From a virus, in IMG/VR virus record IMGVR_UViG_3300010412_000004, positions 15,013-79,012 of that record: DNA of 64,000 nt, one strand, 5' to 3'. Position numbers and translations under genes: made by a program. Numbering within the stretch: position 1 is the first letter of the stretch; each line of letters begins with the position of its first letter. Below are positions 46,053 to 56,688 of the stretch, piece by piece. The notes beneath the pieces were generated by a model. It did no database searches and was not told where the DNA came from. It saw only the letters and a list, made by a program, of their open reading frames with translations.

Positions 46053-46532
46053 ATGCCAGAAAGAGTAGAAGATAGAAAACTCAACCCTCAGATTGTGGAT
46101 ATCTATGTTGGTAAACGCAATCTGAGGGAAATCTCTATTTATCCCTTGTCCTTAGGCGATCAAAGGAAATTGACTGGTATCATTTCTGAGGCTATTAATA
46201 GTTTCTTTTCGATGCACTCTGGAGAAATAAATGATATTGATCCTCAATTCATAGCTTTCTGCTTGGGGTTGATTGATAAGAACATTGAGAATTTGTCGGA
46301 AATGATAACAGATGAGGGAGTGGAGATTCTTGATGAAATAACTAATGATCAACTATCTAAAATTATTGAGATTGTATATACACAGAATTATGATAAACCT
46401 GTAAAAAACGTGTTACGCCTCTTCGAGAAGTCACAGAAATCAGTATCGGAGAGGCCATCACAACCGTCTGTGAGTCCTACGGCTACAGGCTCTCCGACTT
46501 CTACCAGAAGAGTTTCAAGGAAGGAGGATTGA
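46053..46532 (+). CDS. Tail assembly chaperone (gpG-like)
   Basis: Between tube and tape measure; contains slippery heptamer. Confidence 0.75.
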   Translation: MPERVEDRKLNPQIVDIYVGKRNLREISIYPLSLGDQRKLTGIISEAINSFFSMHSGEINDIDPQFIAFCLGLIDKNIENLSEMITDEGVEILDEITNDQLSKIIEIVYTQNYDKPVKNVLRLFEKSQKSVSERPSQPSVSPTATGSPTSTRRVSRKED

Positions 46533-46765
46533 CCTTAGGTCAACTTGAAGTTCTATATGATGACTGCCAAAAAAGACTCTACAGCCATTTAAGATTCCTT
46601 GCCGCATTACAAGGAGTAGATTTAGATAAGGAAACTCGGGAAAAGGAGGAGGAACAACTTACATTATTCAAAGATCCTAAAGAATATACCCACCTATCCC
46701 CAGAAGAGGCTACTCAACTCACTCAAGAGATGTTAAAGCGGCATAGGAAAAAGTTAGGAGAATAA
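46403..46765 (+). CDS. -1 frameshift extension of tail chaperone (gpGT-like)
   Basis: In-frame A AAA AAC at 46403-46409; the -1 frame is open from there through the 46529-46765 ORF. Confidence 0.72.
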   Translation, partial: KKRVTPLREVTEISIGEAITTVCESYGYRLSDFYQKSFKEGGLTLGQLEVLYDDCQKRLYSHLRFLAALQGVDLDKETREKEEEQLTLFKDPKEYTHLSPEEATQLTQEMLKRHRKKLGE

Positions 46766-46770
46766 GGGAT

Positions 46771-49700
46771 ATGCCAGATAGGTCTCTTAATCTGGGTACT
46801 ATATTCACTGCTAATATTGATGACTTTATCGCCAAAGTAAGAACCTTAAGAAGTACTCTTGGAAGTCTCAATGAAGCATACAGTAGGGCGGGATCATCAA
46901 GTGAAAAAGCCTTTAAACAAACCGCCGCAGGAGTAGATAAGGTTGGAACTTCTGTAAAAAGAAGTTCAGGAAATATACTTGAATATAGTAAACAGATAGG
47001 AAAGGTTGAAGGAGCCTGGAAACGTGTATTGGCTGCCATGAAGGTCACCGCATCATATGGCCTGGCAGCCTCTGCCATTTTTAGCCTAGTTCAGGCATTT
47101 AAGGCAGGTGCCAAGGAAATCGTAGATTACGATCAGGCTCTTAAGAACTTGCAAGCCATCACTCGTTCTACTAATGCTGAAGTAACAGGGATGGGTGAAA
47201 CAATAAAGAGTGTGGCCTCCGAAACTAAATTCTCCACTGGTGAAGTAGCCGAGGGAATGGTTTTATTAGGTCAAGCAGGTTTCTCCGCTACTGAGTCGAT
47301 GCAGAGTATGCAATCAGTAGCTGACCTAGCCACAGGAACTTTAACAGATTTAGGAACAGCCTCTGATTTAGTTACTACTACCATTAGAGCATTTGGTCTT
47401 AGCACTATTGAGTCTTCTAGAGTAGCTGATGTTATGGCCAATGCTGTTAACCGATCTAAACTAACCATAGACAAATTAAGAACTGCTTTTAACTATGTTG
47501 GTGCGGCGGCGTCTCAAACTGGTCTATCGCTGGAGGAAACTGCCGCATCAATGATGGTTCTTGCCAATAATGGTTTGAGAGCTAGTACGATAGGTACAGG
47601 TCTCAGACAAGTTCTCGCCAGACTTCTTGCACCCAACAGAAACCTCAGAGAAGAATTTGAAGCTCAAGGGATTGCCTTAGAGACGGTCAATCCTAAATTG
47701 GTAGGTTACCAAACTGCCATGAAGAATATGACCAGTGTTATATGGGATAATGCGAGAGGTGTGGTAGATATGACCAAAGCCTACCGCCTGTTTGGTCTTA
47801 GAGGTGCTCAGGCCGCTGCCGTGTTAGCAAGAGCCTTCGCAGGAACAGGTCCTGGTAGTTTTGATGATATGCTCAACAAGACCTATGAGATAGGATCTGC
47901 GGCAGATATGGCAGGTACGCAGATGGAAGGTCTTGGTGTTAAAATTAAGAACTTAGCAGATAGGGCTAAGTTGATAGCTGTGGCCTTTGGTGAAGGAGGA
48001 GCCATAAGTGCCCTTAAGGTATTTATTGATGCCTTAAGAGGTTTAGCCAAGGTGATGGCTGATTTCTTGAGTACTGATTTAGGTAGAATCATTACTTCCT
48101 TTGGTGTGTGGTCTGTTACTATTGGACTAACCACCAGAGCCATAGTAGCATTAATTCCTGTGATGAAGAGTTTAGCCGCCGTAATCTCCTTAACTCGTAT
48201 AGCCACATTTGCCGTAGAACTTATAAAGGTTTCTCAGGCTGTAGGTTTAGTTAGGGCGGCTATGTGGGCTTTACAAGGAGCCATGGTAGGAGCATTAGGT
48301 CCTATTGCTCTTGTAGCTGTGACACTTGGTGGTATTATTACGGCTATAAGATGGTATATGGGGTCTACCCAAAGAGCCATAGATTCTACTGTTAAGTTGA
48401 CTCAGGCTTCGGCCACAGCGGCGGATACGCTCAAGGTATATGAGGCCTCCCTTAGAGATATTGCATCTAAAAAAGAGCAGGGCATTGATGTTACTCGAGA
48501 ACATGCCGCTCAAATTAGGAGGTTAGTGGTAGCTTATGGACCTCTTAAAGGGAAGGTAGACGAATCAACTGAGTCATTAGAGAAGAATATTGAGGCGGTT
48601 AGGAAAGCATATGGAGAGGAAGTACAAAAAAGATTAGAACAAAATACTCGTTTAGTTGAGTTATATGCACAAAGGTTGAAGGAAGTAGAACTTAGGTATG
48701 GAATTCTTAAGGTTTCTCAAGATATTTTAGGGACTTCAGTAGATTGGCTGATAGATAAGTATATCAGATTGTTAAATCTATTGGCCAGAGTTGTAACATT
48801 TTTTCCAAGGTTAATACTGAGTATTCTTTCTTACGTTCCTGTTGTAGGCACCGCAATTGGTAAATTAAGTGAGGAGATAGATGAATTATTAAGTAATTGG
48901 GGGGATAAAGTAAGGGTGATTGGTAAGGATACCAAAGAGTTTAAAGGAGTAATGGAGGAGCAAACCAATGCCTTTGTTGAGATGGCTAAAATTCTTAAGT
49001 CTGAAAAAGGAGAATCTATTGAGGGGATTACCAAACGATTACAAGCGATGGGAGCCACTACAGATCAGATAGATGCAGTTACCTCCGCTCTTACTGCTCA
49101 AGGTGTTGCCGCGGAGGAAGCTCGAATTAAAATGGAATCTGAGGTAGCTAACCTTCCTAATATGTTCAAGGATTATTATGATAAATTGGATGCGAGACAA
49201 AAGGCGGCTTTTGCAGATACTCTATCTAATATAGATAAGGAAATTGCGGCTTTTAAGAAAAAGGCGGCAGAGATAAAAGGTATGGGTGTATCAGAGTGGG
49301 CGAGTATTGAAGCTATTAGGGCAGAGCATTTGGCTAAATTTATTGATGATCAGAATAAAGAGAAGATGGAGTTTGAGGAGTTAGCCAAACTTAAGATAGA
49401 TATTATTAGTGGACAAAAGGATAAAATTGAGGAAGAGTATAATGAGATAACTCGAGTTAGAATGAATCAATATCTTAGAGAAACAGGGTTAGCTCAAGAG
49501 AATAAAGACCAATTATTGAAATTAGAACAAAAATTTAATGCAGATTTAGAGACTGAAAGAACGGCGGCCTCTCTTCGTATGCAAGGAGTAGAGGTAGCGA
49601 TTGCTCGGCAAACAGAACTACTTAAAATGGAGTTGGCTAAGAAAACAGCCGAAGAGCAGAAAGCCTTTATGAAGGATGTATTAAGTGGTCTTCAGCAGGA

Positions 49701-51972
49701 GAGTAAAAATGTAGAGAAAGAAAGAGATAGATTAAGTAAGGCTCTCGAGAAGGCCAATCAAGATTATGAGAAATCTGTTAGGACGGCTCGTGAAAAGGGA
49801 CTCACTGATGAACAAAAGTATTATGAAAGATTGAGTGAATATGATAACTTGATGAATATGGCTCGTGCTCAACATAGTGAGGAATATTATGAAAAGGCTC
49901 GAGAAATAGCGGAGCAATTGGGCAATGAGGTGAGAGATGAGAATAATAACATAGTAGTAAGTAGTCAGGTGGCGGCCCAGAGTTCTGCCAATATGCTCGA
50001 AGACATACATAGGGAACTCACTACTATGTTACAACAAGGAATTGATGAGCAGGCGGCCGCCTCCGAAAGACTCAAAGATAGTATTAAGACGGTGGAGGAG
50101 GAGTTAGATAGGGTTCAGGAGAGAATAAAAGGGGTAAACAGTGAGAAGCTCAATCTTCAAACCGAGGAATCTATTAATAAGCTAATGGATACAAATGAAG
50201 AATTGACGGATCTTAAATCTAAGTGGGATTCCTTGAAGAGCAAAGAGATTGTACTTACTATTAGATACAATCAAGTTGGCAAGGGTCCAGAAGGAACAGA
50301 AATAACTCAAGATTATGTTCCAGTAGAGCACCTCACAACCTATGAAAAAAATAAGATAGACACAGGGGAATGGAAAAAAGGAGGACTAGTAAGAGATAAG
50401 GATTTACCTAAATCTAAGTATAGAAAGGGTGGAATTACCGAGAGAATTATAAGTAAGATTATAACCAACAATTTTAGAGAAGGCGGTAGGGTAAGTAAAA
50501 TTGTAGACAAGGGTAAAAGGTTTATTGAGAGGACGAGTTATAGGCTTAGGGAAGGCGGTAATGTAGAAAGAGTAATCAATAATTCTATAATCCATAAATT
50601 CAGAGAGGGTGGAGACGTTCGTAAAATATCTCATACCATGGATAGATTAAGAAAGATTGAAAGTAAAAAAGAAGGAGGATTGGTAAGAGATCAGGTATTT
50701 ATACAGGATCATTATAAGGAAGGTGGTAAAGTAAGTAGTATAATAGATAGAGGTAGAGATTTTATTGGTAGATCAATTTATAGATTTAAGGAAGGCGGTA
50801 AGATAGAAAAGGTAGTAAAAGACTCTACAACTCAAAGATTTAGAGAGGGTGGGTACGTTCAAAAGATATATCATACCGTGGATAAATCTAGTGGTATTGA
50901 AACAGTATCTAGATTTAGAGAAGGAGGAATGGTTGAAAGAATTATTGGTAGTATTGTTACTAATAGTTTTAGGGAAGGCGGTAAGGTGAGTAAAGTAATA
51001 GACAAGAGTAAAAATTTTATTGAAAAAACAAGATATAAACTTAGGGAGGGAGGAAATGTAGAGAAGATAATTAGGGACTCTATAGTTCAGAAATTTAGAG
51101 AGGGAGGAAATGTTCAACGAATATTACATACCATTGATAGATCTGGGAGAATTGAGAGAGTATCACAATTTAGAGAGGGAGGGAAGGTTTATAGCAGTAC
51201 CCATGTTATTCGAGATTCCCAAAGATATAAAGAAGGAAAATCAGTCCAAAGAGAAACCTCTAAACTGTCCACATTCAAAGAAACGATTAAAAGGAAAATT
51301 GGTGGTTTTACGGGGAAGCTCCTTTTGGCAGGAGGTAGATTGCTAGGATTTGGTGGTGGAGATATTATTCCTGCTATGGTAGAGCCTGGGGAATGGGTAA
51401 TAAGGAAAGAGGCTGTTCTAAAGTACGGTTCTGAACTTTTTGATAAACTCAATAGCCTTAAAATAGATACTAAACCAGTGGACGTGAGTGTTTCCACTCC
51501 TACTGTGGATAGTTCAGAATCAGGGGAAGGTGAAGGGGAATCTGGAGTTGTGGCTCGATGGGGTGGAATTATATCTAAGGCGTTAAAGAAAAATCAATCT
51601 TTAAGGTCTTTTAAAATTAAAAAGTATCAAACCGGAGGGTTTGTAAATATAGCTAGGACGTATGGAGATAACATAAAGAAATCTATTAATTCCCATAATT
51701 CTATCATAAGCTATGTCAAACCTGTATATGCTCAGGTAGGAGGCATGTTCAGTCCATACCAATATAGGAAGACACAAATTCAGGGACCTACCCCTTATGG
51801 TGCACAATGGTACCGTCCAGAAGATGTTGCTACTAATGCTCAAGGAGGAGGCGGAGGAGGCGTAGTTGTAAATTTGTCCCCTACTTTTTTAATGGGGGAT
51901 AAGAGAAGTGCTCAGGCCGCCGCCGAAGTAATAAGAAAAGAACTTGAGGTTTATTATCATAGAACGAGGTAA
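46771..51972 (+). CDS. Tape measure protein (TP901-type core)
   Basis: 1733 aa; ETKFST.EVAEGM..LGQAG, LANNGLRAS.IGTGLR, DIIPAMVEPGEWVIRKEAV. Confidence 0.93.
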   Translation: MPDRSLNLGTIFTANIDDFIAKVRTLRSTLGSLNEAYSRAGSSSEKAFKQTAAGVDKVGTSVKRSSGNILEYSKQIGKVEGAWKRVLAAMKVTASYGLAASAIFSLVQAFKAGAKEIVDYDQALKNLQAITRSTNAEVTGMGETIKSVASETKFSTGEVAEGMVLLGQAGFSATESMQSMQSVADLATGTLTDLGTASDLVTTTIRAFGLSTIESSRVADVMANAVNRSKLTIDKLRTAFNYVGAAASQTGLSLEETAASMMVLANNGLRASTIGTGLRQVLARLLAPNRNLREEFEAQGIALETVNPKLVGYQTAMKNMTSVIWDNARGVVDMTKAYRLFGLRGAQAAAVLARAFAGTGPGSFDDMLNKTYEIGSAADMAGTQMEGLGVKIKNLADRAKLIAVAFGEGGAISALKVFIDALRGLAKVMADFLSTDLGRIITSFGVWSVTIGLTTRAIVALIPVMKSLAAVISLTRIATFAVELIKVSQAVGLVRAAMWALQGAMVGALGPIALVAVTLGGIITAIRWYMGSTQRAIDSTVKLTQASATAADTLKVYEASLRDIASKKEQGIDVTREHAAQIRRLVVAYGPLKGKVDESTESLEKNIEAVRKAYGEEVQKRLEQNTRLVELYAQRLKEVELRYGILKVSQDILGTSVDWLIDKYIRLLNLLARVVTFFPRLILSILSYVPVVGTAIGKLSEEIDELLSNWGDKVRVIGKDTKEFKGVMEEQTNAFVEMAKILKSEKGESIEGITKRLQAMGATTDQIDAVTSALTAQGVAAEEARIKMESEVANLPNMFKDYYDKLDARQKAAFADTLSNIDKEIAAFKKKAAEIKGMGVSEWASIEAIRAEHLAKFIDDQNKEKMEFEELAKLKIDIISGQKDKIEEEYNEITRVRMNQYLRETGLAQENKDQLLKLEQKFNADLETERTAASLRMQGVEVAIARQTELLKMELAKKTAEEQKAFMKDVLSGLQQESKNVEKERDRLSKALEKANQDYEKSVRTAREKGLTDEQKYYERLSEYDNLMNMARAQHSEEYYEKAREIAEQLGNEVRDENNNIVVSSQVAAQSSANMLEDIHRELTTMLQQGIDEQAAASERLKDSIKTVEEELDRVQERIKGVNSEKLNLQTEESINKLMDTNEELTDLKSKWDSLKSKEIVLTIRYNQVGKGPEGTEITQDYVPVEHLTTYEKNKIDTGEWKKGGLVRDKDLPKSKYRKGGITERIISKIITNNFREGGRVSKIVDKGKRFIERTSYRLREGGNVERVINNSIIHKFREGGDVRKISHTMDRLRKIESKKEGGLVRDQVFIQDHYKEGGKVSSIIDRGRDFIGRSIYRFKEGGKIEKVVKDSTTQRFREGGYVQKIYHTVDKSSGIETVSRFREGGMVERIIGSIVTNSFREGGKVSKVIDKSKNFIEKTRYKLREGGNVEKIIRDSIVQKFREGGNVQRILHTIDRSGRIERVSQFREGGKVYSSTHVIRDSQRYKEGKSVQRETSKLSTFKETIKRKIGGFTGKLLLAGGRLLGFGGGDIIPAMVEPGEWVIRKEAVLKYGSELFDKLNSLKIDTKPVDVSVSTPTVDSSESGEGEGESGVVARWGGIISKALKKNQSLRSFKIKKYQTGGFVNIARTYGDNIKKSINSHNSIISYVKPVYAQVGGMFSPYQYRKTQIQGPTPYGAQWYRPEDVATNAQGGGGGGVVVNLSPTFLMGDKRSAQAAAEVIRKELEVYYHRTR

Positions 51973-51975
51973 GAT

Positions 51976-52722
51976 ATGTCCTACATTAAACTATTTACTT
52001 ATAACATCTTAGAGCTAGGGACGGTTACAGTTACAGGTACTCCTGATACTGGATTTCCTGAGGAAAGACTTTATGATAGATCTATTGGATTTTATTGGAA
52101 ATATACGAATACCGGAGATATATCTATCGAGGTAGATCAAGGAGCATCTGGCAATCTGGCTGTAGATGCTTTGATAATAGATAAACATAATTTTAATGGT
52201 AGAACGATGCATTGGGAATATTCAGATAATGGTAGTGATTGGACTCCTGCTGTAACGAGCTGGGCTCAAGGGGATAATAATCAGATAGTTAAAACATTGT
52301 CCGCGGCTATTACACATAGGTATTGGAGGGTAAGGGTAATTTCAGCGGTTAACCCACAATGTACTGAGGTATATATTGGTTATGGGTATCCTTTTCAAGT
52401 TAGATTTGATGAGCCGCCAGAAGAATCTGATTTAGATAATGTAGTTTGGGAAGAAACGATTGGTGGATTGGAGAACTCTAACAAGTTGGGGGAGGAAAGA
52501 AATTTGAGGTCTTATTCTGTATTCTTAGATGATGGCATAGGTTCTTCACTTACTTTATGGAAAACTGCCAAAAGTTATTTAGATAGTTATTCCAAACCTT
52601 TTTATCTTAAAGATCATGAGGATAATTATAAATTCAGTAGATTTGCAACTATACCAAGGCTTCAATTTATAACAGGTGTTCAGGTTTTATCTAGATGGGA
52701 ATTTAGGGAGATGCTTGGATGA
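51976..52722 (+). CDS. Distal tail protein-like
   Basis: Directly after tape measure; RYWRV galactose-binding-like fold. Confidence 0.55.
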   Translation: MSYIKLFTYNILELGTVTVTGTPDTGFPEERLYDRSIGFYWKYTNTGDISIEVDQGASGNLAVDALIIDKHNFNGRTMHWEYSDNGSDWTPAVTSWAQGDNNQIVKTLSAAITHRYWRVRVISAVNPQCTEVYIGYGYPFQVRFDEPPEESDLDNVVWEETIGGLENSNKLGEERNLRSYSVFLDDGIGSSLTLWKTAKSYLDSYSKPFYLKDHEDNYKFSRFATIPRLQFITGVQVLSRWEFREMLG

Positions 52723-55283
52723 GAACTTTTTCATCTTTTAATCAAATTGCACTTGATGGATCTAATTATATACCAATAAAGTTGGGTAAGATAGAATTTG
52801 ACGGTCTTACTCTTTTTGTTTGTGATAGAATGTTTGGGGATCCTGGCAGTGAGAATACTTGGCAAGGAAATATCTATGAGCCTGTCATTATTAGTTGGGG
52901 ACAGGTATCAGGTGGATCTTTAAATCCAATAACTTTTGATTTTGAGAATACTGAGTGTTCTATTATTCTAAATAATTCCAAACCTATCGGAGGCTTTCCT
53001 AAATTTACGTCCATATTAACTTCCTACCATTTGAGTTATACTAAGATAACCATATCTGAAATATTTGAAGGAGCATCTGCCTCAGAAGATGAAATAGATA
53101 GATTTATAGGGTATTTTGAAGATGTAACTGAGATGAATCAAATTTCCGTTACGGTGAACTGTGTAGGGATAGAGCTTGGGATAAAGAATAAATTTGTAAA
53201 AACTATAATTGATAAGGATAATTATGTAGGAGCAGATCCAGATGAATTTGGTAAGATGTTACCTATTGTATATGGGGATTGTAAAAGAGTTCCTTTTAGA
53301 GCTGTAGATGCTGGAAGTATTACCACATTAGAGTCTGAGTTAGATGAAAGTTCCTCGGTTATTTTCCTTACTGATGCTTACCAGTTTCCCTCAAGTGGGG
53401 GTACCATACAAATAGATTTAGAACAAATAACCTACACCGCGGTTTCGGGAAATACATTAGTAGGATGTTCCAGAGGAGCAAATGATACCACCGCCGTAGT
53501 TCATAATGTAGGAGCGATTGTAGCTGAGATACAATCCTCATATATTTATATCATAGATCACCCAGTGAGTTCTATAGATGCTGTATATGTAATTAACCGA
53601 AATAATGATGAAAATATACTTCAAACCGCGAATTTTGTAGTCTATACTGGTAAGCCTGGGGATCAACATGGGTCCTATCCAGGTAAAGCGGTCATAGAGT
53701 TTACTCTTTTGCCCTCAATAACTCAGCAAGTTAATCTTGAAGTTGATGATACTATAGATGTAGATGATGCTATAGAAATATATGAGCCTGGTCATGCCCA
53801 TACTACTGATCCTGGTTCTACAGAGACCACATTATGGAAATATGATGATGCATACTTTACGATAGGGGATGATGGTGTTTTTGGAGGAGATAGTCTCCAA
53901 TATTTTGTGGATGGTAATATTGTTTCTTCAGGATACTTGTTTGGTCAAGGCACCACGGTTAAATTACAGAAAACATTTTATGAAGAACCCCCTAATCAAA
54001 CGATTAGTATTCGAATCTGTATGCACGTTAATTTTTTAGATTCGAATACTACTGTTAGGGCATATTATGGAGCGGGTGCTCCAGGTACTGGATGGGTAAG
54101 TGTACCTGGAACTACTAAGATAGGTTGGTGGAATGTTCTTGATTGGGAAACACTTAATTCCACATTGGTTACTATAGAAAGAGGAGGGAGTAACCCTTCG
54201 GGATATGCAGGGGTAGGTTTAGTATGGCTTGAGGTTAGGTATGTAACATCTGCTGGAAGTACGGCTTATGTAACTAAGGTAGATACGGTATATAAGACAG
54301 GAACTGTGGAATTAACAGGTAATAGTGTGGCAGACACGGTGATTGGTGGTGCAGTTTCAGCAGATGTTAAAGGATGGGTAGCTGATGATTCTGGTAATTA
54401 TGGAACAGAAGGAGAATTGGTAAACAGACCTGATTATATATTAAAACATTTTTTTGTAGAGTATTGTGGATTGAGTATATCAGAAAATATAGGTAGTTCT
54501 TATAGTTCTGTAGGTACTACTTATTCAGATGAGAATATCACTCTTAATATAGTGATAGAGAGTGTTCCTGATGTTTTAGAATTAGTAAAATTTTGTTTAG
54601 TTCAATCTAGATCTCTTGGATGGTGGGATAACAGTCAACACAACCTTAAATATATACCCTATACTGAATCTTCAGTTAAGACCATCGAGGCTAATCGTAT
54701 AAATCTAAAATCTATTAGGGTATCCTATACCCCTAGGGTGGATATACTTAATTCTTTATCAGCACTTTACCATAAAGAGTGGGTAGGGGCTTTTGATGAA
54801 CCTGAGGAATTTTATAGAGATATTGTAAAAGCCAGTTCCTCTACGAGTCAGGGTATGTTTGGTGTATTAGAGGGAGAACAATATGAGCTTGATTTTGTAG
54901 GTAATCAATCTCAGGCAGAAAGGGTGCTGAGTTGGCTATTAGATGAACGATCCTTCCCTAGATTAATTATAGAATTCTCTGGTAGTTTAAACCTTTCTGA
55001 TTTACAAATTGGGGACTCTGTGGATTTTTCTTTTGATGCTGATAGTCAACTCGATAAGGCCTTTCTAGGATTGGTAACTAGTGAGGTAAGTATATTTAGA
55101 ATAATAGAATGGAAAAGTATGGAAAAGGGAGAGTTTTGGATAAGAGGGATCTCTGTGGTTCCTTCAACCTCTGATTCAGGATCATTTGCATCTACCGAGG
55201 ATGGATACACCCAGGGATCTAACTTTTATGATGATACGTTGGCTATACCAATTGGGGATTATACTGGGAGTCCTGTATATTAA
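52719..55283 (+). CDS. Tail tip/hub protein
   Basis: GKMLPIVYG, RGANDT.A..H, LQIGD patterns. Confidence 0.65.
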   Translation: MRTFSSFNQIALDGSNYIPIKLGKIEFDGLTLFVCDRMFGDPGSENTWQGNIYEPVIISWGQVSGGSLNPITFDFENTECSIILNNSKPIGGFPKFTSILTSYHLSYTKITISEIFEGASASEDEIDRFIGYFEDVTEMNQISVTVNCVGIELGIKNKFVKTIIDKDNYVGADPDEFGKMLPIVYGDCKRVPFRAVDAGSITTLESELDESSSVIFLTDAYQFPSSGGTIQIDLEQITYTAVSGNTLVGCSRGANDTTAVVHNVGAIVAEIQSSYIYIIDHPVSSIDAVYVINRNNDENILQTANFVVYTGKPGDQHGSYPGKAVIEFTLLPSITQQVNLEVDDTIDVDDAIEIYEPGHAHTTDPGSTETTLWKYDDAYFTIGDDGVFGGDSLQYFVDGNIVSSGYLFGQGTTVKLQKTFYEEPPNQTISIRICMHVNFLDSNTTVRAYYGAGAPGTGWVSVPGTTKIGWWNVLDWETLNSTLVTIERGGSNPSGYAGVGLVWLEVRYVTSAGSTAYVTKVDTVYKTGTVELTGNSVADTVIGGAVSADVKGWVADDSGNYGTEGELVNRPDYILKHFFVEYCGLSISENIGSSYSSVGTTYSDENITLNIVIESVPDVLELVKFCLVQSRSLGWWDNSQHNLKYIPYTESSVKTIEANRINLKSIRVSYTPRVDILNSLSALYHKEWVGAFDEPEEFYRDIVKASSSTSQGMFGVLEGEQYELDFVGNQSQAERVLSWLLDERSFPRLIIEFSGSLNLSDLQIGDSVDFSFDADSQLDKAFLGLVTSEVSIFRIIEWKSMEKGEFWIRGISVVPSTSDSGSFASTEDGYTQGSNFYDDTLAIPIGDYTGSPVY

Positions 55284-56686
55284 TGCCAGATACTTCTTAC
55301 ATATATTTTCCTAATGTGGCCATACCTCCTTCTTCGTTTATTAAATCTGCTTTTATTGTATTTAGATCATATTTGGACCTTGAGAGTGCAGATGTAAATG
55401 TTAATATATACTTTGCAGATGAAGATAATCCCAGTGTTCCTACATCTAAGAGTGATGTAGATAATTATCCTAGAACTTCAGGCATAAGTTGGACCAATAT
55501 AGACACTTGGCAAGATAACTATGTTTATAGGACTCCTAATCTTAAGGATATACTTCAGGAGGTTATTGATAGACCAGGATGGGTATCTGGTAATTCCATA
55601 TTAGTATTATTAGAGAATAATGGTAGTAACTCTAATTCAAATAGACTATTCTCCGCATTAGAGTATAGGGCAGGATCAGAGAAAGCTAATTTGATGGTAG
55701 ATTGGATAGAGCCATCTACTTTGAAGGCTCCAGATATATCTTTAAATTCAGGAAATTACTATGATAAACAATTAGTTACCTTAACTTGTTATCCAAGTGA
55801 TGGAGATATTAGGTACACCCTGGATGGGAGCGATCCAACCGAGAGTTCTATCTTATATAGTTCTCCTTTCTATATTGGAACTACTTGTACCTTAAAGGCC
55901 AAAGCCTTTAAAAGTTACTGGAACCCAAGTAGTATTTCCACTCGTAATTACTATTTTAGGGAAAAGGCCGTATATACGGTAAATTATGGGGGTAGAGGGA
56001 CTTATTACATCACTGCTGAGAGACCTACTGGGTACTCCTTTGTTGGTCTAAATTGGTATTCAGGTGTTTTGCCTTGGGTTTTTTCTGCTCGTGCTATCAG
56101 ACAGTGGTACTCTACTGGGGAAGATAATTATTATCAATATTTTACGGCCGCAGTTCTTAGGTTTGACAATATACAGATAGATAATAGTCAGGAGATAGCC
56201 TATGCGAGTGTAAATTTAGGTTATACGGAGAGCTCTAATTGGGATGAGGTAATTCCAAATTGGGCTAATTCTATTTATTTATATTCAGTACAACAGGGCA
56301 ACCCATCATTTCCTTCCAATATATCTCAATACATGACTCTAAGGTCGAGTTTTGGAACAGGGATATTAACAGGTATAAGACAAATATGGGGAGGAAGTTT
56401 GTATTACACCTCTTTGAATATATCGTCAGATATTCAAAGTATTCTAAATTTACCAGCATGGGCAAAAGGTAATTCAATAATTCTATGTATAGAATGTGCT
56501 CCATATCCTTTGGATAACCCACGAACAGGTGTTCAACAATATGTATATCAACATTGGAGAGATGATCCTAAAACCTTTGAAATTTGGGAGGAATTTCGAA
56601 CTGCTGAGTTAACGATAGAGTTCAGTGTAAATAGTGTGACAACAACCACAACAACCACAACAACCACAACAACCACAACGGCATAA
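55283..56686 (+). CDS. Tail-associated protein: repeated beta-sandwich domains plus chitobiase/FN3-like domain, poly-Thr C-terminus
   Basis: F.NV.IP..I..A, QEVIDRPGW..GN, IRYTLDGSDPT; ends T14-A. Confidence 0.65.
   Translation: MPDTSYIYFPNVAIPPSSFIKSAFIVFRSYLDLESADVNVNIYFADEDNPSVPTSKSDVDNYPRTSGISWTNIDTWQDNYVYRTPNLKDILQEVIDRPGWVSGNSILVLLENNGSNSNSNRLFSALEYRAGSEKANLMVDWIEPSTLKAPDISLNSGNYYDKQLVTLTCYPSDGDIRYTLDGSDPTESSILYSSPFYIGTTCTLKAKAFKSYWNPSSISTRNYYFREKAVYTVNYGGRGTYYITAERPTGYSFVGLNWYSGVLPWVFSARAIRQWYSTGEDNYYQYFTAAVLRFDNIQIDNSQEIAYASVNLGYTESSNWDEVIPNWANSIYLYSVQQGNPSFPSNISQYMTLRSSFGTGILTGIRQIWGGSLYYTSLNISSDIQSILNLPAWAKGNSIILCIECAPYPLDNPRTGVQQYVYQHWRDDPKTFEIWEEFRTAELTIEFSVNSVTTTTTTTTTTTTTTA
56639..56674 (+). 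repeat. Tandem 9-bp repeat (ACAACAACC)x4 encoding poly-Thr
   Basis: Directly visible. Confidence 0.85.
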
Positions 56687-56688
56687 AG

